From positions 1 through 64,000 of the forward strand of contig CAWBNQ010000010.1 in assembly GCA_963790205.1 (NCBI GenBank): a stretch of DNA of 64,000 nucleotides, read 5' to 3'. The notes beneath the pieces are model-generated. The model was not told where the DNA came from, searched no databases, and saw only the letters and a list, made by a program, of their open reading frames with translations. A program made the translations under genes and the position numbers. The DNA is from Nitrospirota bacterium. Lineage in GTDB: Bacteria > Nitrospirota > UBA9217. Positions 1 to 9,364 of the stretch are shown piece after piece (position 1 is the first letter of the stretch; every line of letters starts with the position of its first letter).

Positions 1-1
1 T

Positions 2-382
2 CTACCCCGCCGCTACGTTCTTCTGTACCAGCGCATCGAGATAATGCAAGAGAGCCTTCTGGTCCCTTTTCGGAAGGCTCTCTATCTTTTTTAACCGCCG
101 CCACAAGGCCGCGTGCTGCGGATCGCGCTGCTGCTTGACGAGCTTCACGCCGAGCAGTTCGTCAGTCGAGACCTTGAGCGCTTTCGCCAGCGGCTCGATC
201 AGGTGCGCCGGGGGATAGCTGGTCTCTCCCTCGTAGTAGGCGATCACCCTGCAGGAGACGTTGACCTTTTCGCCCAGCTCGGTCTGGGTCAGCCCCAGTT
301 CCTTCCGCAAGCTCGCCAGCCTCTTCCCGAAATCCTTCGCAGTGACAGTTGTCCTTTTCATGAACAGCATAATATCACGCAT
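2..382 (-). CDS. XRE-family HTH transcriptional regulator
   Basis: FGKRLASLRKELGLTQTELGEKVNVSCRVIAYYE is a Cro/C1-type HTH; divergent from the primase. Confidence 0.9.
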   Translation of the reverse strand: MRDIMLFMKRTTVTAKDFGKRLASLRKELGLTQTELGEKVNVSCRVIAYYEGETSYPPAHLIEPLAKALKVSTDELLGVKLVKQQRDPQHAALWRRLKKIESLPKRDQKALLHYLDALVQKNVAAG

Positions 383-393
383 TTAAAAACTCC

Positions 394-422
394 TTGACAT
401 GGATATACGAAAACCGTATATT
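394..422 (+). promoter_or_regulatory. Sigma70-like promoter of the primase operon overlapped by a palindromic operator
   Basis: TTGACA (394-399), 17-nt spacer, TATATT (417-422); palindrome ATATACG-N5-CGTATAT at 403-421. Confidence 0.6.
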
Positions 423-482
423 CTTGACACCGCATTATACCATTTAGAATCCGCTTGACAAGTTTTTTCAAAGGGGGCCGAA

Positions 483-3152
483 ATGAGGGTTTCAAAGGAG
501 GAGATCGAGAAGATCAAGCAAACCTATGACCTCCGGGCGGTCATCGAGTCCTACGGCGTCACGCTCAAGAAGAAGGGCAGCAACTACGTCGGCCTCTGTC
601 CCTTCCATAAGGAGAAAGCCCCGTCCTTTACCGTTAACCCCAAGACCAACCTTTACCACTGCTTCGGCTGCGATGCCGGCGGCGACGTGATCGGCTTTGT
701 CAGCAAGAAAGAAGGTATCGGCTTCCGGGAGGCAATCGAGAAGCTCCAGGGCCGGAAGCCAGAGTCCAGGACGCAGAAGCCGGAGAAGAAGGCAAAGGAA
801 AGCCCCGCTCCTGAATCATCCATCAACCGCACCCATCTCCTTAACCGCGTCGTCTCGTTCTACCATAAAACCTTCTGTGAAGATCCTCGCGCGCGTGAGT
901 ACATGCGCTCGCGCGGGATCACTGACAACGCTCTCTTCTCAGACTTCACGATCGGCTACAGCAACGGAACCTTGTTGAACACCATCCCGGACGAAGGCGA
1001 TATCCGCGAGGCCCTCAAGGAGATCGGCATCCTGAACGAGCGCGGCCATGAGATGTTTTACGGCTCTGCGGTCTTCCCGATCTTCGACGAGAATAAAGAC
1101 GCTGTCGGTCTCTACGGCCGCAGGATCACAGACGGAGAAACCGCGCACCTGTACTTACCCGGTCCCCGCCGCGGCGTCTTCAACTTCCCGGCGGCGAAGC
1201 GGTCAAAGTCCATCATCCTCACCGAATCGATCATCGATGCTCTCACCCTCTACAACGCGGGCTTCAAGGACGTGCTCCCATGCTACGGCGTGAACGGCTT
1301 TACTCAAGACATGCTCGATCTTCTTACCCGCAGCCAGGTCAAAGAGGTTTACATCTGCTTCGACCGTGACGATGCCGGGAAGGACGGCGCGGAGAAGATC
1401 GCAGGGCAGTTAAAAGAAAAAGGCATCGCTGCTTATATCGTGCAGCTCCCGGCGATTGAAGCCCAGGACAAGGTAGACATCAACTCTTTTATTCTCTTAA
1501 CCGCTGACGCTTCTACGATCTTCGAGCGACTTCTTAAAGAATCCAATCACCGCGCATCGATCCGCTCCGACAAGATCGTGAAGCACGAACAGAAAGCATA
1601 CGAGAAGACCGACACCGGTCTTGTCGTTCAGTACGGCGACCGGCGCTACGACGTGCGCGGGATCATGCGCGAGGGCGTGAAGCTCAAGGCAACGATCAAG
1701 GCGGTCCGGGGAGAGAAGGCAGCGCAGCGGTTCCACCTGGACACGGTCGATCTTTACTCCAATCGAAGCCGTCTCTTCTTCGCCAAAGCCTGCGCCGTGC
1801 TCTTCTCCGAGAAAGAAGAGATCATCACTGAAGACGTGACCAAGCTCATCGATCTGGCCGAGTCCTGGAAGCCGGAGACGAGCGACGCTTCGACAGTCCA
1901 GAAGATGACCAAGGCCGAGGAAGACGAGGCCCTGGAGTTTCTGAAAGACCCGGAACTCTTCTCCCAAATCCTCGTTGACTTCGAGACCGTGGGGATCACC
2001 GGCGAGGACGCAAACAAGCTCATGGGCTATCTCTCGGCCACCAGCCGCAAGCTCGATGAACCTTTATCCATCCTCGTCCAGTCCCGGAGCGCAGCAGGCA
2101 AGAGCACGCTGCAAGACGCCGTGCTCTCGCTCATCCCGGAAGAAGACTACATCAAATACACCCGCCTCACCGGCCAGGCGTTGTTCTACATGCAGGAAGA
2201 CAGCCTTGTCCACAAGCTCCTTGCCATCGAAGAAGAGCACGGGGCAAGAGACGCGTCGTACTCGATCAGGAACATCCAATCATCAAAGTATCTATCCATC
2301 GCTGCCACGGGCAAGGACCCCGCGACCGGCAAGCTCAGGACAGAAGAGTACAAGGTAAAAGGCCCGGTTGCTCTCATGATCACCACAACCGAGGTAGAGC
2401 TTGATTACGAGACCGCTAATCGTTTCGTTACTCTCACCATCGATGAATCAAAAGAGATGACCGAACGCATCCTCCAGAAGCAGCGCGAGCGGCAAACCCT
2501 GGCCGGTCTCTTGAAGAAGGTCGAGACCGAGCGGATCACGAAGCGTCACCACAACGCGCAGCGCCTTCTTAGGCCCCTTCGCGTGATCAACCCCTATGCC
2601 GAGCTTCTCACCTATCCAGCCGAGACGCTGCGCGCCCGGCGCGATAACATGAAGTACCTGGGCCTTATCCTGGCCATCGCCTTCCTGCACCAGTACCAGC
2701 GCGAGATAAAGACGGTCCAGAACAACGGCGACCTCCTTCAATACATCGAGGTGACGCTAAACGACATCGAGAAGGCGAATACGCTCGCCGCCGAGATCCT
2801 CGGCCGCACCCTTGACGAGCTCGCCCCGCCGTCGCGCCTTCTTCTCAAGATGGTCCGCGAGATGGTCGAGGCCCGCTGCAAAGACAGCGAGCCGAAGAAC
2901 TATCACTTCAACCGCCGCGACATACGCGAGTGGACCCGGTGGAGCGACTCGCAGATCAAGCGCCATATCCAGCAGCTCGAAGACCTCGAATACATCTACT
3001 CCGTCGCCGGGAAGAAGGGTAAAGAGTACGTGTACGAGCTTCTCTATCCAGGAGGCGGCGAAGACGGCAAGCCCTTCCTCATGGGCTTAACCAGCATCGA
3101 GGAGCTAAAGAAGAAGCTCGCCGCGCAGAAGAAAGGAGAACGCAATGGATGA
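483..3152 (+). CDS. DNA primase (CHC2 zinc finger + Toprim) fused to a P-loop ATPase/helicase-like domain
   Basis: CPFH..CFGC zinc finger; ESIIDALT and DRDDAG Toprim motifs; SRSAAGKS Walker A; 889 aa. Confidence 0.9.
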   Translation: MRVSKEEIEKIKQTYDLRAVIESYGVTLKKKGSNYVGLCPFHKEKAPSFTVNPKTNLYHCFGCDAGGDVIGFVSKKEGIGFREAIEKLQGRKPESRTQKPEKKAKESPAPESSINRTHLLNRVVSFYHKTFCEDPRAREYMRSRGITDNALFSDFTIGYSNGTLLNTIPDEGDIREALKEIGILNERGHEMFYGSAVFPIFDENKDAVGLYGRRITDGETAHLYLPGPRRGVFNFPAAKRSKSIILTESIIDALTLYNAGFKDVLPCYGVNGFTQDMLDLLTRSQVKEVYICFDRDDAGKDGAEKIAGQLKEKGIAAYIVQLPAIEAQDKVDINSFILLTADASTIFERLLKESNHRASIRSDKIVKHEQKAYEKTDTGLVVQYGDRRYDVRGIMREGVKLKATIKAVRGEKAAQRFHLDTVDLYSNRSRLFFAKACAVLFSEKEEIITEDVTKLIDLAESWKPETSDASTVQKMTKAEEDEALEFLKDPELFSQILVDFETVGITGEDANKLMGYLSATSRKLDEPLSILVQSRSAAGKSTLQDAVLSLIPEEDYIKYTRLTGQALFYMQEDSLVHKLLAIEEEHGARDASYSIRNIQSSKYLSIAATGKDPATGKLRTEEYKVKGPVALMITTTEVELDYETANRFVTLTIDESKEMTERILQKQRERQTLAGLLKKVETERITKRHHNAQRLLRPLRVINPYAELLTYPAETLRARRDNMKYLGLILAIAFLHQYQREIKTVQNNGDLLQYIEVTLNDIEKANTLAAEILGRTLDELAPPSRLLLKMVREMVEARCKDSEPKNYHFNRRDIREWTRWSDSQIKRHIQQLEDLEYIYSVAGKKGKEYVYELLYPGGGEDGKPFLMGLTSIEELKKKLAAQKKGERNG

Positions 3153-3351
3153 CACGAAAATCGCCATCGTGAAGAACTGGCGGAAGTACCATCTTCCGCA
3201 CGTCATGTGCGGCTTCGTTCTCGAAAGCGACTTCCGCTGCTTCACATCCGCGTCGGTCTGCTTCGGCGACGGCAGCGGGATCGAGGTCCAGGCCGGAGAC
3301 AAGGACGACCTCATTATCACGGATATCCCGTTCAGCGCTGTCGAGGAGTGA
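3145..3351 (+). CDS. Small hypothetical protein overlapping the primase stop
   Basis: AGGAG RBS; 68-aa ORF overlapping the primase 3' end. Confidence 0.5.
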   Translation: MDDTKIAIVKNWRKYHLPHVMCGFVLESDFRCFTSASVCFGDGSGIEVQAGDKDDLIITDIPFSAVEE

Positions 3352-3354
3352 GCA

Positions 3355-3416
3355 ACTTGGACGGCAAAAAAGGCAACTTGGACCCTACTTGGACCCCACT
3401 TGTCCGGTACTAGTCC
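3355..3416. repeat. Phased ACTTGGAC-like direct repeats (11-bp period)
   Basis: acttggac at 3355, 3376 and 3387; acttgtcc at 3398; actagtcc at 3409. Confidence 0.75.
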
Positions 3417-3556
3417 GGTCTGGCCGAAGCTCATAAACTCCTTGATAGGAGCGGAGACAATCCACCTTTTTACTCAACTTGGCCGCTTTTGAGGAAAAGC
3501 ACATATACCGGATGCAGGAAAAGCCCCGATCATAAGAATACATAACGAGGCGAATC

Positions 3557-4552
3557 ATGAGCGCGTTTGACGATCATCTCTCCGGCTTCACCGAACACAT
3601 GAAGGTCAAGAACTACTCTCCCGCGAGCATCGCGGTTTACTCTGAACACCTGCCCGGCCTGTTTGCTCATCTCAAAGAGCAGGGGATAACGGACGTGAAG
3701 CGCGTCAGCCGCGATCATCTCCAAGGCTATCAGCTCTCGATCATGGAGCACATCAGCACCAGAACCAACGACAAGTACTCTGTCGGCACGATCTGTACCA
3801 AGACCCGCGCAATGAAGCGCTTCTTCCAGTACCTCGAAGACAGCGGCGTTATCCTGATCAACCCCGCTGAGCACATCAAAGAGCCGAAGGCAGCAAAGCG
3901 CCTGCCTCGGTCGATCCTGAGTGAAGAAGAGGTCAAGAAGATCCTCGCAGCGCCCAAGCTTACCACGATCAACGGCATCCGTGCCCGCGCCATCCTCGAG
4001 GTCCTGTACTCAACCGGCATCCGTCTCGAAGAGCTGATCAACCTCACCATCTTCGACTGCGATCTCCAGGGCGGCTTGATCCGGGTCAAGGGCAAGTTTA
4101 GCAAGGACCGCGTCGTGCCTCTCGGCAAGCACGCCGTCCGCTTCCTGAAAGAGTACATCACGCAAGTGCGGCCGCAGCAGACCAGGAAGAACAAGGCCGT
4201 CAAGAACCTCTTCGTCAGCCGGTTCAGCGATCCGCTCTCAAAGCAAGTGATCGAGCTGATGGTCCGGGACTACGCCAGAAAAGCCGGGATCAAAAAGAAG
4301 GTGACGCCCCACACCTTCCGGCACACCTTCGCAACGGACCTGATCAGAAACGGAGCCGACATCATCGCGGTCCGGGACATGCTCGGCCACTCTTCCGTAA
4401 GCGCAACAAACATCTACATCCACGTTGCCGGCGTGGACGTAAAGAGAACGCACAGCCAGAGCCATCCGAGAGAGCGGGACAAAGAGACAAGGGAAGAGAT
4501 CATCCCGGATATCCGGTCCTTGAAGGAGCGGCCACATCATGAGCGACTTTAA
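3557..4552 (+). CDS. Tyrosine recombinase, XerC/XerD-like
   Basis: N-terminal SAM-like domain; LYSTGIR, HTFRH and LGH...Y catalytic motifs. Confidence 0.93.
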   Translation: MSAFDDHLSGFTEHMKVKNYSPASIAVYSEHLPGLFAHLKEQGITDVKRVSRDHLQGYQLSIMEHISTRTNDKYSVGTICTKTRAMKRFFQYLEDSGVILINPAEHIKEPKAAKRLPRSILSEEEVKKILAAPKLTTINGIRARAILEVLYSTGIRLEELINLTIFDCDLQGGLIRVKGKFSKDRVVPLGKHAVRFLKEYITQVRPQQTRKNKAVKNLFVSRFSDPLSKQVIELMVRDYARKAGIKKKVTPHTFRHTFATDLIRNGADIIAVRDMLGHSSVSATNIYIHVAGVDVKRTHSQSHPRERDKETREEIIPDIRSLKERPHHERL

Positions 4553-5475
4553 CGCCTTCAAGGAAAAGTACCGCCAGCATCTTACGGTGATCCGCTACGC
4601 TGCCGACACCATCAAGCGCTACATCTACTTCCTTAACCGCTTCTTCGCCTGGCTCGAAGCTCAGAGCGTCACCGAGATCGGCGCAGTCACAAAGGACCAT
4701 GTCCAGGATTACCAGACGCACCTTTACGAGACCGTGAACAGCAGGGGAGAGCCGAACAGCGTCTTCCACCAGAACAACACCTTAAAAGCCATCAAGGGCT
4801 TCTTCCGCTTCCTTGCCGAGCAGAACTACCTTGTCAGCGATCCAGCGAGGGACGTATCCTACGCGCGGACACCGAAGAGACTGCCGCGCTCGATCCTGAC
4901 CGGACCGGAAGCAAAGAAGGTCATCCATGCGCCCAACACCAAGACCGCGACCGGATACCGGGACCGGGCCATCATCGAGGTCTTTTACTCAACCGGGATC
5001 AGAAGAAACGAACTGATCAACCTGCAGCTCTCCGACGTGGACTATCACGAGGGCTTTGTCAGGATCAACAGCGGGAAAGGGGAACAAGGACCGCGTCGTC
5101 CCGATCGGCAAGATCGCCTGCAGGTACATCGAGAACTACGTCAAGGCAGTCCGGCCGATGCTCGTCAAGGACCCGACTAGACAACCATCTCTTCCTCACG
5201 ATCAACGGCAACACGATATCGCGCAGAACCGTGTATGGCAGACTCATCAAGACGCTACAGCAGAAAAGCGAAGATCAAGAAGAACATCACGCCGCACACC
5301 TTCCGGCACACGTGCGCCACGCTCATGCTCAGGAACAAAGCGAACATCAGGCACATCCAGGAGCTGCTCGGCCACTCCTCGCTTGGACTCGACCCAGGTC
5401 TATACATCAGTCACGATCACGGACTTGAAGGAAGTACACAGCAAGTGCCATCCGAGGGAGAAGGATCGTGAGTGA
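4539..5475 (+). pseudogene. Second XerC/XerD-like tyrosine recombinase, frameshifted in this sequence
   Basis: Motifs [28 protein letters not shown] and STQVY are spread over three frames (ORFs 4539-5180, 5056-5475, 5235-5471); may be sequencing error. Confidence 0.8.
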
Positions 5476-5560
5476 CAGCGTGAGGCGTGAGTGATGATAG
5501 AGGCGAGGGACAGTGACAGCGCAGTGACAGTGCAGGGACAAAGGATAGCGGAGGCCTCCG

Positions 5561-6110
5561 GGCTTGCGGGATGGATCGCCCCGCAAACCCTGCGGCATGA
5601 TTTTACCCCCGCCCGCCCCGCGAAACAGGGGCAGAGGCAAGCGCCGCGCCAGCCCTCCCCCCGCCGAGCCCTCCCCCTTTGGAAACCCCCTCCCTGGCAC
5701 CCCCCTCCATCATCGGAACTCCCAAAGGGGGAGGGCTCTCTGCGCACATAGTGTAGCGCCTAGGGGGGAGGATGCTGCGCGGGGCCGACCCTCCCCGCGC
5801 CCTTCGGGTCACGGCGCTTGCAAACCTCTGCCCCTGCTTCGCTCCCGTCTGCCCCCAAGGGGGCGCCCAGGATCGAAAGCCGGGGACAAAGAACGAACCC
5901 TGTGCGGAAGTGTGCTTCACGCCTCCGCTTCGCTCCGGCGTCAAGCCCGCTATCTATGCTCGGTCACGATCCTTGCAAAGAAGCGCAAGGCTCGCGCCCT
6001 CGCACCCGCCCGCCCGCCGCGCGTGAGAGAGCGCCTGCGCTTCGCTCCTGCGCACTCTCCCGCGCTCCCATCCGCCCTGGAAGGGCTCCCCGGAATGCAC
6101 GGCGGTTAAA
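5561..6110. other. GC-rich, highly structured non-coding region
   Basis: Perfect 17-bp inverted repeat 5666-5682/5722-5738, a second stem near 5561-5590, recurrent GCTTCGCTCC; no credible ORF. Confidence 0.55.
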
Positions 6111-6180
6111 AGAAAAGGGGAGAGATGAAGCGAAGAGATGAAGCTTGACTCGAAGGCGGTACGCGATTACAATAGCCCAA

Positions 6181-6318
6181 CTATACTTATGACTTGAAGA
6201 AAAAACGTCGAAAAACGAGCGGAGTCGTAATAGTATGTTGTGCGCGGAAGACCGCATAGATACAGCGTTTTTCTCTTATGAGCCGGGGTCGCCAGGCGCG
6301 TTGATCCACAACGATCAT
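6181..6318 (+). repeat. Leader/junction repeat copy 1 (candidate att site) fused to an Rhs core
   Basis: Shares GTCGAAAAACGAG, AGTATGT, AGACCGCA, GTCGC and GTTGATCCACAACGATCAT with 7497-7633 at matching spacing. Confidence 0.7.
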
Positions 6319-6942
6319 TTAGCCACTCCTCAGAAGATGACAGACGGAACCGGCGCGGTTGTTTGGGCTGCGGACTACAAACCGTTCGGCGAAGTCAACA
6401 TCACCACCAATACCATCACTAACAATCTCCGTTTCCCTGGTCAGTATTACGATGCTGAGTCGGGGCTGAACTACAACTATTATCGTGACTACAACGCTCA
6501 ACTTGATCGCTATAACGAAGCTGATCCGGTGGGGTTGCGGGGTGGCATCAACCTTTATCTTTACGCGGGTGCGAATAGTATACGTTTCACTGATCCACGT
6601 GGATTACTTCTTGGTGGATCCGGTGCAACGATTGGAAATCCACCAGGAACAGCGATTGGCCCTCAACCGCCAGCACCGGGAACCTGTACAAGTGGTTGTC
6701 ACCCTGGGATGCCTTCTCCTAGTCCGATACCACAGTGCAAGAAATGCACACTAAATACCGGTGAATTTAATACTTGTTTGCTAAGAGAATACGCTTTAGC
6801 CCAAGTAGAAGCTGATGCTTGCGCTTTTTTCTGTGCAGCTGCTATTGCTACGCCAAATCCGTATACAATTACGGCTTGCGCCATCTGTGTTGGTACTGCT
6901 GTTGCCCTGACAGTTAAATGTTATAATGAATCATGCCATTAA
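6301..6942 (+). CDS. Orphan RHS repeat-associated core + Cys-rich C-terminal toxin tip 1
   Basis: HNDHLATP, YKPFG, LRFPGQYYDAESGLNYNYYRDY and DPRG motifs; the ORF is open from ATG 6235. Confidence 0.88.
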   Translation: MIHNDHLATPQKMTDGTGAVVWAADYKPFGEVNITTNTITNNLRFPGQYYDAESGLNYNYYRDYNAQLDRYNEADPVGLRGGINLYLYAGANSIRFTDPRGLLLGGSGATIGNPPGTAIGPQPPAPGTCTSGCHPGMPSPSPIPQCKKCTLNTGEFNTCLLREYALAQVEADACAFFCAAAIATPNPYTITACAICVGTAVALTVKCYNESCH

Positions 6943-6956
6943 AATTGGAGAGTAAA

Positions 6957-7376
6957 ATGGGAATTTCTAAAAGAATTTTGGTAACTAAAATATCTGTGCT
7001 GTGTCTCATAGGAATTCTTACCTATAGAGTAATATCTGTGTTTTGGATGTCGGGCCAAAATTTTGCTGCGAATAACATGAGTTCATCTATTGGACTGAAA
7101 TGGCTATTCCTTCCTTTTACTAGTATAATATTTTTTGCGATGCTATGGAATGTACTCAAGCTTGAGTACATATTTTTCGCTTCGGGTCTTGCTTTAATTT
7201 TTGTTGTGTTATACGAATCGTTTTCCCTGCCTGTGCAGGCTCTCAAAGTGCTGCAGACTATTGGGCTAATTTTATATGTAATCGCTGTTGCGCGGATCAG
7301 TGTTTTTTTTATAAGCAAACAATCTAATGAATTTCTTGAAGACTCTATGAAAAAATGGATGGGCAAGAGTAAGTAA
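6957..7376 (+). CDS. Multi-pass membrane protein, putative immunity protein 1
   Basis: Low-GC hydrophobic ORF directly after tip 1; GGAG RBS. Confidence 0.65.
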   Translation: MGISKRILVTKISVLCLIGILTYRVISVFWMSGQNFAANNMSSSIGLKWLFLPFTSIIFFAMLWNVLKLEYIFFASGLALIFVVLYESFSLPVQALKVLQTIGLILYVIAVARISVFFISKQSNEFLEDSMKKWMGKSK

Positions 7377-7405
7377 AGAGTTGGCTTAAATTATCCAAGA
7401 TATTT

Positions 7406-7472
7406 TTACCCCGTCTTCTTCGCCTTCTCACTTCCCAGGAACGGATCGAGGATCTGCACGATCTGCTTACGC
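7406..7472 (-). pseudogene. C-terminal remnant of an XRE-type regulator
   Basis: Encodes RKQIVQILDPFLGSEKAKKTG*, resembling the XRE tail (QKALLHYLDALVQKNVAAG*); same orientation and position after an immunity gene. Confidence 0.5.
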
Positions 7473-7496
7473 TTCGGGGCGGAAGTTAGGAACCAT

Positions 7497-7633
7497 CTAC
7501 ACCTATGATCTTTGAAAAAAGTGTCGAAAAACGAGAGGTGGCACAAGAGTATGTAGCTCTCGTAGACCGCACGGTTTAAGACTATTTTACTTCTTAGTCG
7601 AAGTCGCTTTACGAGTTGATCCACAACGATCAT
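7497..7633 (+). repeat. Leader/junction repeat copy 2
   Basis: Diverged copy of 6181-6318; internal stem ACGAGAG (7531-7537)/CTCTCGT (7557-7563). Confidence 0.7.
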
Positions 7634-8272
7634 CTCGCCACCCCGCAGAAGATGACGGATGCTTCCGGCACGGTTGTATGGGCTGCGGACTACAAACCGT
7701 TTGGAGAGGCGACGATCACCGTCAGCACGATCACGAACAACCTCCGGTTCCCCGGACAGTACTACGATGCAGAGACCGGGCTGCACTACAATTACTTCAG
7801 AGACCATAATCCTATTATCGGGAAATACATAGAACCTGATCGCATCAATTTAACATCTTTACATCTTCCCCTGCCGCTTTTTAAAACAAAGATTAATTAT
7901 GCCGGCAAAAAAGACAAGATTCTGAAAAAAATACTAATCAACTATTCTCTTTATCATCCGCAAACGCAGAATCCGTATCCCTACGTAGAAAACAATCCGG
8001 TTAACCGAACTGATCCGAATGGTGACTATTCTATTGTGGCAGTGGTAGTTGTTGGAGCCGGTATAGCGGCTACTGTATGGTACCAGATTTATAGAGCATC
8101 ACATCCTCCGAATATGCCCAACCCTTCACCACAGGAGCCGGTGATACAGCGACCTCCAGGACAAGAGCCTGCGATATGTCATGTTGTTCATCATCCTAGA
8201 CCGGAAGCCCCAGAATTACCGGACCTCGATGACCCAGAACCAGCTGAAGGGCCAGAACTGCCGATGAGGTAG
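7616..8272 (+). CDS. Orphan RHS core + hydrophobic/Pro-rich tip 2
   Basis: Same core motifs as tip 1; NNPVNRTDPNG cleavage motif followed by a TM-like and Pro-rich tail. Confidence 0.88.
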   Translation: MIHNDHLATPQKMTDASGTVVWAADYKPFGEATITVSTITNNLRFPGQYYDAETGLHYNYFRDHNPIIGKYIEPDRINLTSLHLPLPLFKTKINYAGKKDKILKKILINYSLYHPQTQNPYPYVENNPVNRTDPNGDYSIVAVVVVGAGIAATVWYQIYRASHPPNMPNPSPQEPVIQRPPGQEPAICHVVHHPRPEAPELPDLDDPEPAEGPELPMR

Positions 8273-8297
8273 ATGTAATCAATAGGAGATGAAATAA

Positions 8298-8702
8298 ATG
8301 CTAAAAGAGAAATTAAATATTAATTTTATTGTAGTATGGCTTTACTTGTTGGTTGGAATAGAATCAGCCTTTTCAGGTATCTATTACGACATTCAGTATT
8401 TTTTGCAATCAAGAAATAAATTGTACTTTATAGATTTGTCTATCGACTGTCTTGATGCTATTGGATTGTTTGTAACGCTTGTAATCTCACTAAAGAAAAC
8501 CTCTGAAATGATAAAGATATTGTTATTTCGTATTTTTATAGGGATCGGCTTGACGAGTGTATCAACATTAATGATATTGCGATTCTATTTTTATGTGCCA
8601 ATACCGAGTTTTCCATCGGAGTTAATAATTGCTACTCTACTGATAGACGGCTACATAATTAAAATGATTCTTGATAAAAAAATAGAGCCGTTGCTTACTT
8701 GA
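8298..8702 (+). CDS. Membrane protein, putative immunity protein 2
   Basis: Low GC, about four hydrophobic segments, AGGAG RBS, follows tip 2. Confidence 0.65.
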   Translation: MLKEKLNINFIVVWLYLLVGIESAFSGIYYDIQYFLQSRNKLYFIDLSIDCLDAIGLFVTLVISLKKTSEMIKILLFRIFIGIGLTSVSTLMILRFYFYVPIPSFPSELIIATLLIDGYIIKMILDKKIEPLLT

Positions 8703-8735
8703 GGATAACTTGTTGACATTCTTTGGCGGCAACCC

Positions 8736-9269
8736 TACTATTATCACAACGATCATCTCGGCACTCCCCACAAGATGACGGACTCGACCGGAGCCGTTGT
8801 TTGGTCTGCGTACTACAAACCCTTCGGTGCAGCGACGATCACCGTCAGCACGATCACAAACAATCTCCGGTTCCCGGGGCAGTATTACGATGCAGAAACG
8901 GGGCTACATCAGAACTGGAATCGTGATTACAATTCCTCAAATGGTCGATACCTTGAAGCGGATCCTTTTTTGCTTTCACTTTTTTATCAAGGCAAAATAT
9001 TATTCGTCCCACCATATATCACAAAAAATCCAAGCCTCATACCCGTTTATCTTTATGGGGTAAATAATCCGACGAAATATTTCAATTCAAATGGTTATAA
9101 AGCAGCACAATGTAATCCATGTCCTTATGGAAATCAGCCATGGGTAGCATGCATCTTCTTGTGTGATACAATGTGTAACGTAGCTTTTGATATAGAGGCA
9201 CCTCCCATAACAATCATTTGTATGATCACATGCCATGCAGGTTGCGAGAGTCAAAAGTGCGAGAAATAA
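8736..9269 (+). CDS. Orphan RHS core + Cys-rich tip 3 (first ATG 8775)
   Basis: YYYHNDHLGTP is in frame upstream of the ATG; LRFPGQYYDAETG; degenerate cleavage motif (NNPTKYFNSNG). Confidence 0.85.
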   Translation, partial: YYYHNDHLGTPHKMTDSTGAVVWSAYYKPFGAATITVSTITNNLRFPGQYYDAETGLHQNWNRDYNSSNGRYLEADPFLLSLFYQGKILFVPPYITKNPSLIPVYLYGVNNPTKYFNSNGYKAAQCNPCPYGNQPWVACIFLCDTMCNVAFDIEAPPITIICMITCHAGCESQKCEK

Positions 9270-9364
9270 TAACCAATAGTTGACGGCCTGACTGCACTGC
9301 TTTTTAGCATTACAAGTTTAAATTATTTGAGTCGATTATATTTTATGCTAAATTGGAGGCGGAA

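Noticed and set aside
483..5475. Housekeeping dnaG and xerC/xerD
   Set aside because: The primase has an extra P-loop domain, and the tandem recombinases sit in an XRE/Rhs context typical of a mobile element.
5400..6141. Several 80-180 aa ORFs after the recombinases
   Set aside because: Pro/Arg-rich low-complexity translations on both strands, typical of GC-rich non-coding DNA.
6301..8900. Diversity-generating retroelement TR/VR pair among the repeated Rhs cores
   Set aside because: No reverse transcriptase is present, and differences are mostly synonymous rather than adenine-specific.
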